Source: Ophelia neglecta (lineage: Eukaryota). Taken from it: a stretch of 64,000 bases of DNA. The stretch lies in contig OZ260662.1 in assembly GCA_965285935.1 (NCBI GenBank), forward strand, positions 85,312,001 to 85,376,000, read 5' to 3'. The notes beneath the pieces are model-generated. The model did no database searches and was not told the DNA's origin. It was given only the letters and a program-made list of their open reading frames with translations. The position numbers and the translations under genes were made by a program. Positions 40,316-54,087 of the stretch are shown here, one piece after another. Numbering within the stretch: position 1 is the stretch's first letter; every line of letters begins with the position of its first letter.

Positions 40316-41382
40316 GTGAACGGAAAGCTTGCTTACTATGAGCTCAGTTCTACATGGCATTGTACCCGAAACAGTATGCGCTGTCATACATCATACTATG
40401 TCTAGTAGCGGTAAGTCTCAAAGACTCAGAGGGCACGAAGATTATTATGCGAATATTTCCAATTTCGAAAGTGTGTAAGCGTGTCTATATTATTGTATTT
40501 GAATACATAGTCTGTATATCTAAGCCCATCCGGGCTGTTCATACCCATGTGTACTACTTAACGCCCCACGTAAGCTATGCACAATACACGTCAGGCTGAC
40601 AAGTAACACGGGTTTCTTTCTGCTCGGGTAAGTCGTTCATAAAGAATGGATTTAAGACCTGTCTGGTCATAATGCTCCATTGCTCACAATAACATGCTGT
40701 CCCGTGCTTTTTCCCGCTTAAAACAATTAAATAGAACAAAAATCGATCATTTTCCCTCGGTATTATGACGTGGGGTAGACCTATGGATAGAAAACATATT
40801 AGCAAGTAGAATCATGAAACATCAGGTCTCTGACCGTCCATGTTAAACAACCAGTGACTTAATCATACTCATGTGGTCCAGCAACCACGAACATAGATAC
40901 ATACCACGGGTATGGCTTGTTCGTAGAAAGTAGCGTATACTGACATCGAGGAATAAAAACAAATTTACTTGTTCGAGAACCATCTGTCGTCTGCCATGTA
41001 TAACCTGTGCAAAACTCCCTTGTGTATCATGCTGTTTGGTCGCCATCTGATTTATTTCATTTAATTTCAATTTCTACATGAATTTGGAGGGCGATGTGAG
41101 TTGCGAGCGGAGGCTTGACACGACAGTCCCTCAGCTGGTTGGGTGAAAATACTGAAAGTACTCAGGTTAACCGACTGGTCACATGCACCTATCTGGATCG
41201 TGTATTATGTAAACATGATTTTCACTCAGGACACAAAACAGGCATTAATTTTTTAGACGCGTTAAAATGAAAATTAGTTATTTAACAAACAAAAAAATTT
41301 TAATTAAAAAAACTTGTCATACCCGTCTAAATTGACGAGGGGATGGAGAACCTTTAGGTTTTACGACTTACTTTTAACTAAT

Positions 41383-44300
41383 TCGTGTACCTGTCAGGAC
41401 GACCCTGGGTCAGTCTGGTGTGGTAGTTGTGTACCTGTCAGGACGACCCTGAGTCAGTCTGGTGTGGTAGTTGTGTACCCGCCGGGACGACCCTGGTCAG
41501 TCTGGTGTGGTAATTGTGTACCTGTCAGGACGACCCTGGGTCAGTCTGGTGTGGTAATCGTGTACCTGTCAGGACGACCCTGGGTCAGTCTGGTGTGGTA
41601 GTTGTGTACCTGTCAGGACGACCCTGGGTCAGTCTGGTGTGGTAATTGTGTACCTGTCAGGACGACCCTGGGACAGTCTGATGTGGTAGTTGTGTACCTG
41701 TCAGGACGACCCTGGGGCAGTCTGGTGTGGTAATTGTGTACCTGTCAGGACGACCCTGGGTCAGTCTGGTGTGGTAATCGTGTACCTGTCAGGACGACCC
41801 TGGGTCAGTCTGGTGTGGTAGTTGTGTACCTGTCAGGACGACCCTGGGTCAGTCTGGTGTGGTAATTGTGTACCTGTCAGGACGACCCTGGGACAGTCTG
41901 ATGTGGTAGTTGTGTACCTGTCAGGACGACCCTGGGGCAGTCTGGTGTGGTAATTGTGTACCTTCCAGGACGACCCTGGGGCAGTCTGGTGTGGTAGTTG
42001 TGTACCCGCCAGGACGACCCTGGGTCAATCTGGTGTGGTAGTTGTGTACCTGTCAGGACGACCCTGGGTCAGTCTGGTGTGGTAGTTGTGTACCTGTCAG
42101 GACGACCCTGGGACAGTCTGATGTGGTAGTTGTGTACCTGTCAGGACGACCCTGGGGCAGTCTGGTGTGGTAATTGTGTACCTTCCAGGACGACCCTGGG
42201 GCAGTCTGGTGTGGTAGTTGTGTACCCGCCAGGACGACCCTGGGTCAATCTGGTGTGGTAGTTGTGTACCTGTCAGGACGACCCTGGGTCAGTCTGGTGT
42301 GGTAATTGTGTACCTGTCAGGACGACCCTGGGTCAATCTGGTGTGGTAGTTGTGTACCTGTCAGGACGACCCTGGGTCAGTCTGGTGTGGTAGTTGTGTA
42401 CCCGCCAGGACGACCCTGGGTCAATCTGGTGTGGTAGTTGTGTACCTGTCAGGACGACCCTGGGTCAGTCTGGTGTGGTAGTTGTGTACCTGTCAGGACG
42501 ACCCTGGGACAGTCTGATGTGGTAGTTGTGTACCTGTCAGGACGACCCTGGGGCAGTCTGGTGTGGTAATTGTGTACCTTCCAGGACGACCCTGGGGCAG
42601 TCTGGTGTGGTAGTTGTGTACCCGCCAGGACGACCCTGGGTCAATCTGGTGTGGTAGTTGTGTACCTGTCAGGACGACCCTGGGTCAGTCTGGTGTGGTA
42701 ATTGTGTACCTGTCAGGACGACCCTGGGTCAATCTGGTGTGGTAGTTGTGTACCTGTCAGGACGACCCTGGGTCAGTCTGGTGTGGTAATTGTGTACCTG
42801 TCAGGACGACCCTGGGTCAGTCTGGTGTGGTAATTGTGTACCTGTCAGGACGACCCTGGGTCAGTCTGGTGTGGTAATTGTGTACCTGTCAGGACGACCC
42901 TGGGTCAGTCTGGTGTGGTAATCGTGTACCTGTCAGGTCGACCCTGGGACAGTCTGATGTGGTAGTTGTGTACCTGTCAGGACGACCCTGGGTCAGTCTG
43001 GTGTGGTAATCGTGTACCTGTCAGGACGACCCTGGGGCAGTCTGATGTGGTAGTTGTGTACCTGTCAGGACGACCCTGGGTCAGTCTGGTGTGGTAATCG
43101 TGTACCTGTCAGGACGACCCTGGTTCAGTCTGTTGTGGTAATTGTGTACTTGTCGGGACGACCCTGGGTCAGTCTGGTGTGGTAATTGTGTACCTGTCAG
43201 GACGACCCTGAGTCAGTCTGGTGTGGTAATCGTGTACCTGTCAGGACGACCCTGAGTCAGTCTGGTGTGGTAATCGTGTACCTGTCAGGACGACCCTGGG
43301 TCAGTCTGGTGTGGTAATCGTGTACCTGTCAGGACGACCCTGGGTCAGTCTGGTGTGGTAATTGTGTACTTGTCGGGACGACCCTGGGTCAGTCTGGTGT
43401 GGTAATTGTGTATCTGTCAGGACGACCCTGGGTCAGTCTGGTGTGGTAATCGTGTACTTGTCGGGACGACCCTGGGTCAGTCTGGTGTGGTAATCGTGTA
43501 CCTGTCAGGACGACCCTTGGTCAGTCTTGTGTGGTAATTGTGTACTTGTCGGGACGACCCTGGGTCAGTCTGGTGTGGTAATTGTGTATCTGTCAGGACG
43601 ACCCTGGGTCAGTCTGGTGTGGTAATCGTGTACCTGTCAGGACGACCCTGGTTCAGTCTGTTGTGGTAATTGTGTAGCTGTCAGGACGACCCTGGGTCAG
43701 TCTGGTGTGGTAATCGTGTACCTGCCAGGACGACCCTGGGACAGTCTGGTGTGGTAATTGTGTATCTGTCAGGACGACCCTGGGTCAGTCTGGTGTGGTA
43801 ATCGTGTACCTGTCAGGACGACCCTGGTTCAGTCTGTTGTGGTAATTGTGTAGCTGTCAGGACGACCCTGGGTCAGTCTGGTGTGGTAATCGTGTACCTG
43901 CCAGGACGACCCTGGGTCAGTCTGGTGTGGTAATTGTGTATCTGTCAGGACGACCCTGGGTCAGTCTGGTGTGGTAATCGTGTACTTGTCGGGACGACCC
44001 TGGGTCAGTCTGGTGTGGTAATCGTGTACCTGCCAGGACGACCCTGGGTCAGTCTGGTGTGGTAATTGTGTATCTGTCAGGACGACCCTGGGTCAGTCTG
44101 GTGTGGTAATCGTGTACTTGTCGGGACGACCCTGGGTCAGTCTGGTGTGGTAATCGTGTACCTGTCAGGACGACCCTGGGTCAGTCTGGTGTGGTAATCG
44201 TGTACTTGTCGGGACGACCCTGGGTCAGTCTGGTGTGGTAATCGTGTACCTGTCAGGACGACCCTTGGTCAGTCTTGTGTGGTAATTGTGTACTTGTCGG

Positions 44301-45915
44301 GACGACCCTGGGTCAGTCTGGTGTGGTAATTGTGTATCTGTCAGGACGACCCTGGGTCAGTCTGGTGTGGTAATCGTGTACCTGTCAGGACGACCCTTGG
44401 TCAGTCTTGTGTGGTAATTGTGTACTTGTCGGGACGACCCTGGGTCAGTCTGGTGTGGTAATCGTGTACCTGTCAGGACGACCCTGAGTCTGTCTGGTGT
44501 GGTAATCGTGTACCTGCCAGGACGACCCTGGGTCTGTCTGTTGTGGTAATTGTGTACCTGTCAGGACGACCCTGGGTCAGTCTGGTGTGGTAATTGTGTA
44601 CCTGTCAGGACGACCCTGGGACAGTCTGATGTGGTAGTTGTGTACCTGTCAGGACGACCCTGGGTCAGTCTGGTGTGGTAATCGTGTACCTGTCAGGACG
44701 ACCCTGGGTTAGTCTGGTGTGGTTATCGTGTACCTGTCAGGACGACCCTGGGTTAGTCTGGTGTGGTAGTTGTGTACCTGTCAGGACGACCCTGGGTCAG
44801 TCTGGTGTGGTAATCGTGTACCTGTCAGGACGACCCTGGGTCAGTCTGGTGTGGTAATCGTGTACCTGTCAGGACGACCCTGGGTTAGTCTGGTGTGGTT
44901 ATCGTGTACCTGTCAGGACGACCCTGGGTCAGTCTGGTGTGGTAATCGTGTACCTGTCAGGACGACCCTGGATCAGTCTGGTGTGGTAATCGTGTACCTG
45001 TCAGGACGACCCTGGGTCAGTCTGGTGTGGTAGTTGTGTACCTGCCAGGACGACCCTGGGTTAGTCTGGTGTGGTTATCGTGTACCTGCCAGGACGACCC
45101 TGGGTTAGTCTGGTGTGGTTATCGTGTACCTGTCAGGACGACCCTGGGTCAGTCTGGTGTGGTAGTTGTGTACCTGTCAGGACGACCCTGGGTTAGTCTG
45201 GTGTGGTTATCGTGTACCTGTCAGGACGACCCTGGGTCTGTCTGTTGTGGTAATTGTGTACCTGTCAGGACGACCCTGGGTCAGTCTGGTGTGGTACTTG
45301 TGTATCTGTCAGGACGACCCTGGGCAGTCTGGTGTGGTAATTGTGTACCTTCCAGGACGACCCTGGGCAGTCTGGTGTGGTATTTGTGTACCTTCCAGGA
45401 CGACCCTGGGGCAGTCTGGTGTGGAAGTTGTGTACCCGCCGGGACAACCCTGGGCAGTCTGGTGTGGTAATTGTGTACCTTCCAGGACTACCCTGGGTCA
45501 GTCTGGTGTGGTAATTGTTTACCTTCCAGGACGACCCTGGGTCAGTCTGGTGTGGTAATTGTGAACCTTCCAGGACGACCCTGGGTCAGTCTGGTGTGGT
45601 AATTGTGTACCTGCCAGGACGACCCTGGGTCAGTCTGGTGTGGTAATTGTGTACCTTCCAGGACGACCCTGGGGCAGTCTGGTGTGGTAGTTGTGTACCC
45701 GCCGGGACAACCCTGGGCAGTCTGGTGTGGTAATTGTGTACCTTCCAGGACGACCCTGGGTCAGTCTGGTGTGGTAATTGTGTACCTTCCAGGACGACCC
45801 TGGGTCAGTCTGGTGTGGTAATTGTGTACCTTCCAGGACGACCCTGGGTCAGTCTGGTGTGGTAGTTGTGTACCTGTCAGGACGACCCTGGGTCAGTCTG
45901 GTGTGATGTGTACCG
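41383..45915. repeat. 44-bp minisatellite, about 103 copies (GTGTACCTGTCAGGACGACCCTGGGTCAGTCTGGTGTGGTAATT)
   Basis: Period 44 (GACCCT at 41401 and 41445), over about 4.5 kb, with regional variant blocks. Confidence 0.97.
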
Positions 45916-47541
45916 GTCAAACACGTGCTCGAATGTAGCAGGTTTTTTATGACCGATACTATAGAGTGTGTTGGAGATTTATCTGCTTGTACAATTCATA
46001 TGACCTTGCCAACAATTTTAAAGACCAAAGATGAAAATATATTATGTATCTTTCATTCGACTCAACATAGGGATTGCCCAAGTGTTTTTATTTATTTTAT
46101 TATTTTTGTCCTTTTTATGGGCGGGTGGGGGGTGGGGGGCTTCTGTTTATAATGTTCCACCCTTAGGTTACCACTTATGTTGTGTACTGCTTGAAAATGT
46201 GGGTGATCATAAAATTGGCTTGAATAGTGAATCAGACATTTTCCGTCACCTTGACCAGTAATTGAGTAATTGTAAACTCCTTCTGGAAGACTGTTAGCAT
46301 GTTAACACCATTTATCACTTGGACGAAAATACAGGTCTTCTTGTCCATTACTAGTCCATTGTTATTGATAATAGCCTCGCACGCTGACAAACAGCCACGC
46401 TATCTATATATTGATTGGCAGGTAAGATAATACTAATCTTGAGGTATTGATCTCCGTGTTCATTATACCGGACACGTGGCTCGCCAGCCGCTGGTCTGGA
46501 TGACCATCGACGAGGAGAGGACACGGTCTAAGCCGGTCTTCACGCTGTAAGTGCCGGCAGAGCCTGGAGGCAACATCTCTGTCTTCAGTTCTTAGCCTTT
46601 ATCGAGGCCTATTCACAAGAAAAACCTATGGACACTCGTCTGGCTGCCATTGTTTTACGCGGACAGGTGTCGGTGTGTTTTGCTAATTAGAAATCTGTCT
46701 ACAAGGCGTAAATAATGTTTTCAACCTGAAAATCCTAATTGTCAATTTTTTTTCGCAATAGGCGAGCAACCTTTTATTCAAAATTGCCCCAATGTGCGTG
46801 CTTCGTCCCCTGAAGCTAATCATGGACTGGTGGTTTTTGTCATTATAGGCTTTAACGTGGGTTTAAAACAATGTTACTTTGCACAAGAGTGAAGATCTTG
46901 CTGGTGTGGATGGTGGACATGGTGTGCAATGCATCATCTGGACTCTGTCCATAGTTGGGGATAGATACACCGGTGGGTGAGTCGTGACATGTTGAGGACA
47001 ACACTCGTCTGTCTGTGTTCCCACGACATTTCCCGAGTAGGTAGGCCACTTCTGCCGGGCCGGGAGACAGGATGTCTCCTCTAACGGCTCCTTACAGCTT
47101 CCAGCCACTTACTGTACTCGCTCTGGTCCCTTCTAGCTGCTTTGATGAATCTTCATGTAACCCACCACGGTCGTAATGGGCGCTTTCCTTCGTAAGTGCA
47201 GAAAAACATCCAAGAAACGTTCACGTAGAAAGAGTCTGGACATTTGGCTCGTCTGCTGTTAATTAATTCATTGAAGCCTTGTCACAGCTCGTTACCGCCT
47301 TACTCGCTCGGACAAGCCCTCGGGACTCGTTTTTGCTTAATCGCGATGTATATTTCATGCAGTTTAGCCGTGAGCTTTAGGGCAACACAATTTTTCTTAA
47401 AGCAGCTACCGTAAATCCGATTAATATATATTTGCGTCTATGATTAAGTCATATGGGTGCGTCCTTGGAAAACAAGCATTGGAGCAGGTAGAGTGACACA
47501 AAAGAATGGCCGAACACAAGGTGGAATATACTCATTTACAG

Positions 47542-47744
47542 CTGAGTACATCGAGGCCAAGAGGACTTCTTGCCAAAAAGTGCAGGCCGCACTGTCCAGC
47601 GACGAGGCTGGACCTCTCGAAATGGCTGACGGCCCAGCGCCTCAACCAATAACCCACCAGGATCCTCAGTTCAAAAAACAGTTCAGCAATTTCCTGCTAG
47701 GCATTGCTGGTGGTTCAACTATTTCTTCAGGGACGGCCAACTAG
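47542..47744 (+). other. Candidate alternative terminal coding exon of the CNG gene
   Basis: The acceptor ctcatttacag|CT joins exon A in phase 1 (G|CT = Ala) and reads 67 aa to a TAG, in a GC-rich block within AT-rich intron. No transcript evidence. Confidence 0.22.
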
Positions 47745-48715
47745 CTCATCCTCAATCTCTCCCCCCCCCCCCCCCCGAAAACGTTATTTTTATATTACTT
47801 TTTATATTACTTACACGTACATGTGAATAGTTTAAAGTATGGGGAATTTCCCTTTTGGCTGTTTGCGTCAGTCTAAGCTCGCACAGGTTTCCCGTGGATG
47901 GAATGCCTCGACAATTGTTGATATACGGATCTATGTAACCACAGCGTGAGATTCCAACAACTAAATTGAATACCGTCTAAAATGTATCTAGGAACGTCGG
48001 GACAGAGTAGTATTTTTCTTTTTGTTGGGCCAAGATTAAACTTATGTATAGGGCCTATATCACCAAGGTGGAAACTCGACAGATAATACTCTTGTCAACA
48101 GTATGTAACCCGTCGACCGAGGCCGAAATAATCAGGACCGAAGTGGGGATAGAGAAGTAGTATCAGACTGCGATCTCCGAGTACGCCAATGGGAACGTTG
48201 GAGCCAGATCGAGAAGTCCATACTACTAGTTACTAAAATCGCACGTACGTATTAATGTATAGACCTTCAACGAGAATTATTTGCTTTAAATACACTGTGA
48301 ACAGGTAAAATCACACTCCAACACTGGGATCGGATAACGAATGTGTATCTAAACACAAGCGATAAAACACATGAAAATCACTATACAGGACCGGAAGCAG
48401 TCTTTGGCGTTTCTCCCTCCCTCATGCAGTCCTACGCAGTGCAAGTAATCAGAAAAATTGAACAGTTGACAAAGAAAGTTTGTTCGAAGGTGAAATGCTA
48501 CCTAAAAAGTTCTGTCGATCTGATGTTAGAATCCTTGAACTTAATCAACTTTGTTATGATTATGCATTAATGAACTTACTTTTGATTCAGTCGAATCTGA
48601 TATTCTCAATAAGAATGCTATTTTCTTGTGTGTTTTGACGGTGATGAAAATAGTTGAGCAATACCGCCAAGTAAAACAATAATACTCTATCTGGGCATTT
48701 TGATCAAGAGATAAG

Positions 48716-49975
48716 CTGAGCTAGCAACCCACCCCCGTGATAAGCCTGGCATGGTAGCGAGGGGACAGTCTGAGCAAGCACCCCCCCCCCCCGTGATAAA
48801 CAGGTGATCAACCTGGCACGTAGGTTAGGAGATACATTGAGCTATAGTGTAACCCACCCCCGTGATAAACAGTGGATGTATGCTTGAGAACCTTGGCAGA
48901 CTGAGCTAGCAACCTACCCGCTGATAAACCTGGCATGGTAGCTAGGGGACAGTCTGAGCAAGCAACCCTATCCCCTGATAATCTATGGATGTAGGCCTGA
49001 GGAACTTGGCAGACTGAGCTAGCAAACTTCCCAGGTGACAAACCTGGCGTGTTAACTAGGGGGCAGGCTGAGCTAGCTAACTACCCAGGTGATAAACCTG
49101 GTATGTCGACTAGGGGACAGGCTGAGCTAGCAACCCACCCCCTGTGATAAACCTGGCATGTAGGCTAGGGGACAGGCTGAGCTAGCAACCCACCCCCTGT
49201 GATAAACCTGGCATGTAGGCTAGGGGACAGGCTGAGCTAGCAACCCACCCCCTGTGATAAACCTGGCGTGTAGGCTAGGGGACAGGCTGAGCTAGCAACC
49301 CACCCCTGTGATAAACCTGGCATGTAGGCTAGGGGACAGGCTGAGCTAGCAACCCTACCCCCTGTGATAAACCTGGCGTGTAGGCTAGGGGACAGGCTGA
49401 GCTAGCAACCCACCCCCTGTTATAAACCTGGCATGTAGGCTAGGGGACAGGCTGAGCTAGCAACCCACCCCCTGTGATAAACCTGGCATGTAGGCTAGGG
49501 GACAGGCTGAGCTAGCAACCCACCCCCTGTGATAAACCTGGCGTGTAGGCTAGGGGACAGGCTGAGCTAGCAACCCACCCCTGTGATAAACCTGGCATGT
49601 AGGCTAGGGGACAGGCTGAGCTAGCAACCCTACCCGCTGATAAACCTGGCATGTAGGCTAGGGGACAGGCTGAGCTAGCAACCCTACCCGCTGATAAACC
49701 TGGCATGTAGGCTAGGGGACAGGCTGAGCTAGCAACCCTACCCCCTGATAAACCATGGATGTAGGCATGAGGACCGTGGCAGACTGTGCTACCAAACTAC
49801 CCAGGTGATAAACATGTCATGTAGGCTAGGGGACAGTGTGAGGTAGAATCCCACCCCCGTGATAACCGTGGATATTGGCGGGGGGGGGGGGGGGGGAGAC
49901 TGGCTTGTAGGCTTACGTAGCTTGGCAGACTGATCTAGCAGTCCACTCAGGCGATAAAGCTAAGGTGTATGCTAT
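48716..49975. repeat. 55-bp minisatellite, about 22 copies (CTGAGCTAGCAACCCACCCCCTGTGATAAACCTGGCATGTAGGCTAGGGGACAGG)
   Basis: Period 55 (CCTGTGATAA at 49141 and 49196). Homogeneous core at about 49115-49745 with degenerate flanks. Confidence 0.95.
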
Positions 49976-51199
49976 GGAGAGCAGATTGGCCGAGCGGCCC
50001 ATTCCAAGCATGTCAAAGCTGGATACAGGCCTGCGTAGAAGCTGGCCGGGCGACAGACTTACGGTTAGTTGGTCTAAACCTGGTATTAGATGTACACCAG
50101 AGGATATGGCTCTCGGGTTTGAGTAAGTAACAGTAGTCCAGCGGGATTCATCATTAAGTACCCCCCATTGGTATTACCTCGACAGCATTCATACCAGCAA
50201 ACAGGCTGACCGAGCTGAGATAACTACTGCGTCCGCCATTAAGCGATATTGGACTTGCTCCGAAATTGCTTCAAGATAAAACAAAGGCTTTCCTCCGTGC
50301 AACAATCACTTCTCTTCCGTTACTGGAATCGAAGAGAGCTGCTTTTAGCCGTTCCATTAGGTAGACACATCAGAAAAATAGCCCTGGAATCGGATTTGCC
50401 TCATATCCTGCTTATTACGTTAATTGATGTATCTCACGCAATGAATGTTTGCTTGAGAATCGTGTAATAACACACACTATTTTAAAAGATAATAGAAAAA
50501 GACCGTGGTGGTCCAAATGGATGTTATAGTATATTGTTCAGAGTAGTTTACCAGGACCGGAAAAACAACTTCATCGCCTGATAACTTGAAAGGAAATACC
50601 GCGGAGAGAAACACTCTGAATATTAACGGACGACAAAAAAGGCTGCCCACTTTTGTATTGCAATCAATTGTAGATTTAAATTTTTTCCAGACTGTCGCGA
50701 GCTTTTAAGGATACAAAATTAGCAAGCTGTTTGTAAGGTAGTTAATTTAATAATGGTATATCACTTACATTAACTCAGCTGCAAAATTGTATTGTCATAA
50801 CAAAGATTCATGTGATCTTCTTCTAATCGATTTATTCGCAAAAGTATCAGACAAAGCGACTACAACATTTTCAATATAGCCCCCCCCCCCCCCCCCGCGA
50901 AGTCCTTTATTGCTCAATTTGCCTAATGTACATTTACGTATAAATAATCCCATTAGCAACTCAATGGCGCTGAAAGTTTGATATTCTTTTGGTGAAGTCC
51001 ACGGTCTATGTACGAGCTTGCGCACAGTTTATATTAAAGTAGAACCTCTCCATATTTATCGATGCAAGAGAAATATCAACATGCGTTGTGGGGAGTGAGG
51101 GGGTTGGGGGGGGGGGGGTAAGGGGTTCATTGTTAAAGCTTAACACATGGCCCCTTGGTTCTAGAGCACGAGCGATCTACACACGGGAAGGGTCGGAAA

Positions 51200-51595
51200 A
51201 GAGTCCCTACGTGTCCTTGCATACGCTCGCCCTTGGGCTAAAACCCCTTGTCTTAATGTCACATCAAATGTCCCTTTACATACACCCCGACCCTTGGACT
51301 GACCACACCATGGATTAATATAGGCTCCAATGTCCCCTCGCATATGCTCCCTTTGAGCTGACCGCTCCTCCCCCCGCCCCCAATGTATTCTTACATATAT
51401 ACAAACCCTTGGGCCGGCTCTTTGTCTTGATGTCCCATCCAATGTCCACTCACAAAGACTCCCATTGGGCTGACTGCTGCTTAATTGTTTTATTGTCCCC
51501 TAGAAGGTCTTCACACATACAACCCCTTGGGTTGACCGTTCCTAATCTTAGTACCCAACACAAAGTCAACTCACATACGGGTTGACCGCTCCTTG
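51200..51595. repeat. Highly degenerate tandem repeat (AATGTCCC..CACATAC..CCCTTGGGCTGACCGCTCC), about 6-7 copies
   Basis: CCCTTGGG.TGACC and AATGTCC motifs recur about every 55-65 bp. Confidence 0.6.
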
Positions 51596-51973
51596 ACGTA
51601 ATCCCTTGCTTCCAAAGCATCCCTGAACTAACTAAATATCAGTTATATTTGCTCCCACATATCTCCAGGAGAGATCAACCAAATCTGGACAAAACTTACT
51701 CAAAAACAGCCTATATTTATCACAGACGTCGAGCTGTTATTCGGAATGGGGGTCTTTCATTTATTATTTCCGGATTGGCCTATTAACGGCACTGTACTTC
51801 ATCAAGGAGTCCTCTTGACAAATGGTCGGGTGTGCTAATTGTCAGAGTCGACAGTCAATTAAACTGGAAATGCATTGCGTGTGAGAAGTTAAACAAATAA
51901 TGTGTCTGTCACAATCAGGGGAAGTCATGACGTAAAGAAAGGCCACATAATGGGGGTGGGGTGGGTTTGGGGT

Positions 51974-52034
51974 GTGTTAAACAAACTAATTTATGGACAG
52001 GTGGGGTGTTAAACAAACTAATTTATGGACAGGT
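51974..52034. repeat. Direct duplication with period 32 bp
   Basis: GTGTTAAACAAACTAATTTATGGACAGGT occurs at 51974 and 52006. Confidence 0.9.
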
Positions 52035-54087
52035 AGGCTCGCACCCCTGCTTACAGTGTTGACACCCAATAAGTTTATTATTCTCCGAAATGAGAACGTC
52101 TGTCAAATTAGGACCAAAAAAATCAGATTAGGTCAAGATAAAAAAAAGGGAGTTGACACTCGACAGACAAAACAAAATCATTAGTCAAAAATAGCCCATT
52201 TAATCAGTCCAAATCATCAGGAACCAGCAGCCACAGACCCACACACATCAGTCGTCTGCTCCTAAACAATACATAAACCGGTAATGCAAAAATATATAAG
52301 GACATAAACTGATACTACTTGCAACGAGTAGTGAACAGTTTTCTATGATATGAGTTAGGGCACAGCTCATGAGAGTCAATGGTCAACATACGAATCAGCG
52401 GTCAACTTAGGACACAGATGAAATATGCCACAGGAAAGTCTAAAGAGGTATACACTCTCATAACTAAAGATTAAATATGAAATTGTCTTAAAAAGCACAA
52501 TATACCAACAAGGGGTTAAAAGCGCCATACTTACATTGTTACATACTACATTCATACATACTACATCTCATCGACTGTGTAACAAAAATTTTAGTAGGTA
52601 TAGTGAACCATTTAACCTTTTATTGTGCCTGAGCATATGCATCTGCAGCATTCTATGTTATATCAGTAGAAGGAGATTCACATGTCCCCAAGCCCTGGTA
52701 TGAGAGGTACAGATCACTTAAAGCCATTACGGTCATATACTGCATTTTACACCAATCTACATATGAACAGTCCAAAAGAGAGTATTCAATCGTATACTGA
52801 CTCTCTAAGCCTGATGGAATCCTTTATTTTCCTCCACTTTTTGTGGAATATTTATCTGTGAATTAGGAATATGCCCATTTAATCTGCACATAGTTCATAA
52901 CCCCAGATCAGTAAGTCAGACACCAGGGATACGCGTTTTCAGACAGAAAAGCACATGCGCTTACTTCGATCACAAGTCTTGAAGTGTACACCCCGCATGC
53001 TGCAGAAATCGGAATATTTCTATCTGGGAATAGGAAGTGTACTATTGGAAACTTGTAATGATCTCTTTAGTCATAAAGATGTGAACTTAATTTCGTCTCG
53101 AAAATACAGACATTTCCAAAACAGAAAAAAATATTGCGGCCATTATTGGTATCTATAAGTTCAAAAAATGGTGGATACATTTCACTAATAAATTATCCGA
53201 AATAGTTGTTATTAAACGAAAATAAGTCATCTATATTCCTAGATGATAATGAACCTTTTCTGGTCATGTGCTATGTGCGAAATAAGGCCAGTGCGAAAGC
53301 TCTGAGAGAAATGGTTGTAAACTGCTACCAATAGGAGTAGGTCGAGAGGAGAGAAAATGAGGGAAACAACAGTGGGAAGAGGTGGGGAGGGGGGGGGGGA
53401 GGGGGGAATGAGAACGTGTCAAAATCCCGGCTCACGGTGAGGTTTGGGAGAGTTTAAGCTTTGTCTATTCACAGGGGTCGTGGAGGACTGCGGTAAACTC
53501 ACAGTCCTAAATCCGACACATTTCAACTCCAAAACCTGGTCTGCAAATTATGCAGAAATTCAGCTCATTGAAAGAGAAATAAATTATTGTTGGCATTGGT
53601 CTCATTTTGTAGTCAAAATTCAATATGGGACAACTGAAGGCAGATATAACATATACTGCCAGAGTTGCAGACTTCAATGGATTTTTTCTTTGTTAGAGAG
53701 GAATTAATTTCCCTACGACGGCTCGTCATTAGCATATTGTCCCCCTTGATCGTTCATGTTGGCGTGAGCAGTGAGTTATTATCTGGTATCTCAACCTCCA
53801 CATCAACAGGCCTTCAATAGGAGAAACGTTGTGGGAGACAGGGAATATAATAAGTGTGCATGATTCCGCAAATCACACCAGCAATTTATCTTAACACTTA
53901 ATTAAGTGTCAATGTCCATGATGAGCAGATTGCTCTTTCAGGAGTGTCCAATGTATCACTAGCCACAGTTTTAATTATCTCACATCACGACTTTCATCTT
54001 AAAATTTAGTAATTTCATGCTGTTTGATATTACATGCGATCCCTTTTAATGTGCAAGGTTGTATTATTATATGTCTACACAGCCACC

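Noticed and set aside
44675-45821. Cys/Val-rich ORFs in the 44-bp array, and similar ORFs at 36171, 48808, 49512 and 54024
   Set aside because: These are translation artefacts of tandem repeats whose frames cycle and hit stops.
34471-45915. CRISPR-like appearance of the 37-bp and 44-bp palindromic repeats
   Set aside because: The units are head-to-tail with no unique spacers, there are no cas genes, and the context is a eukaryotic intron.
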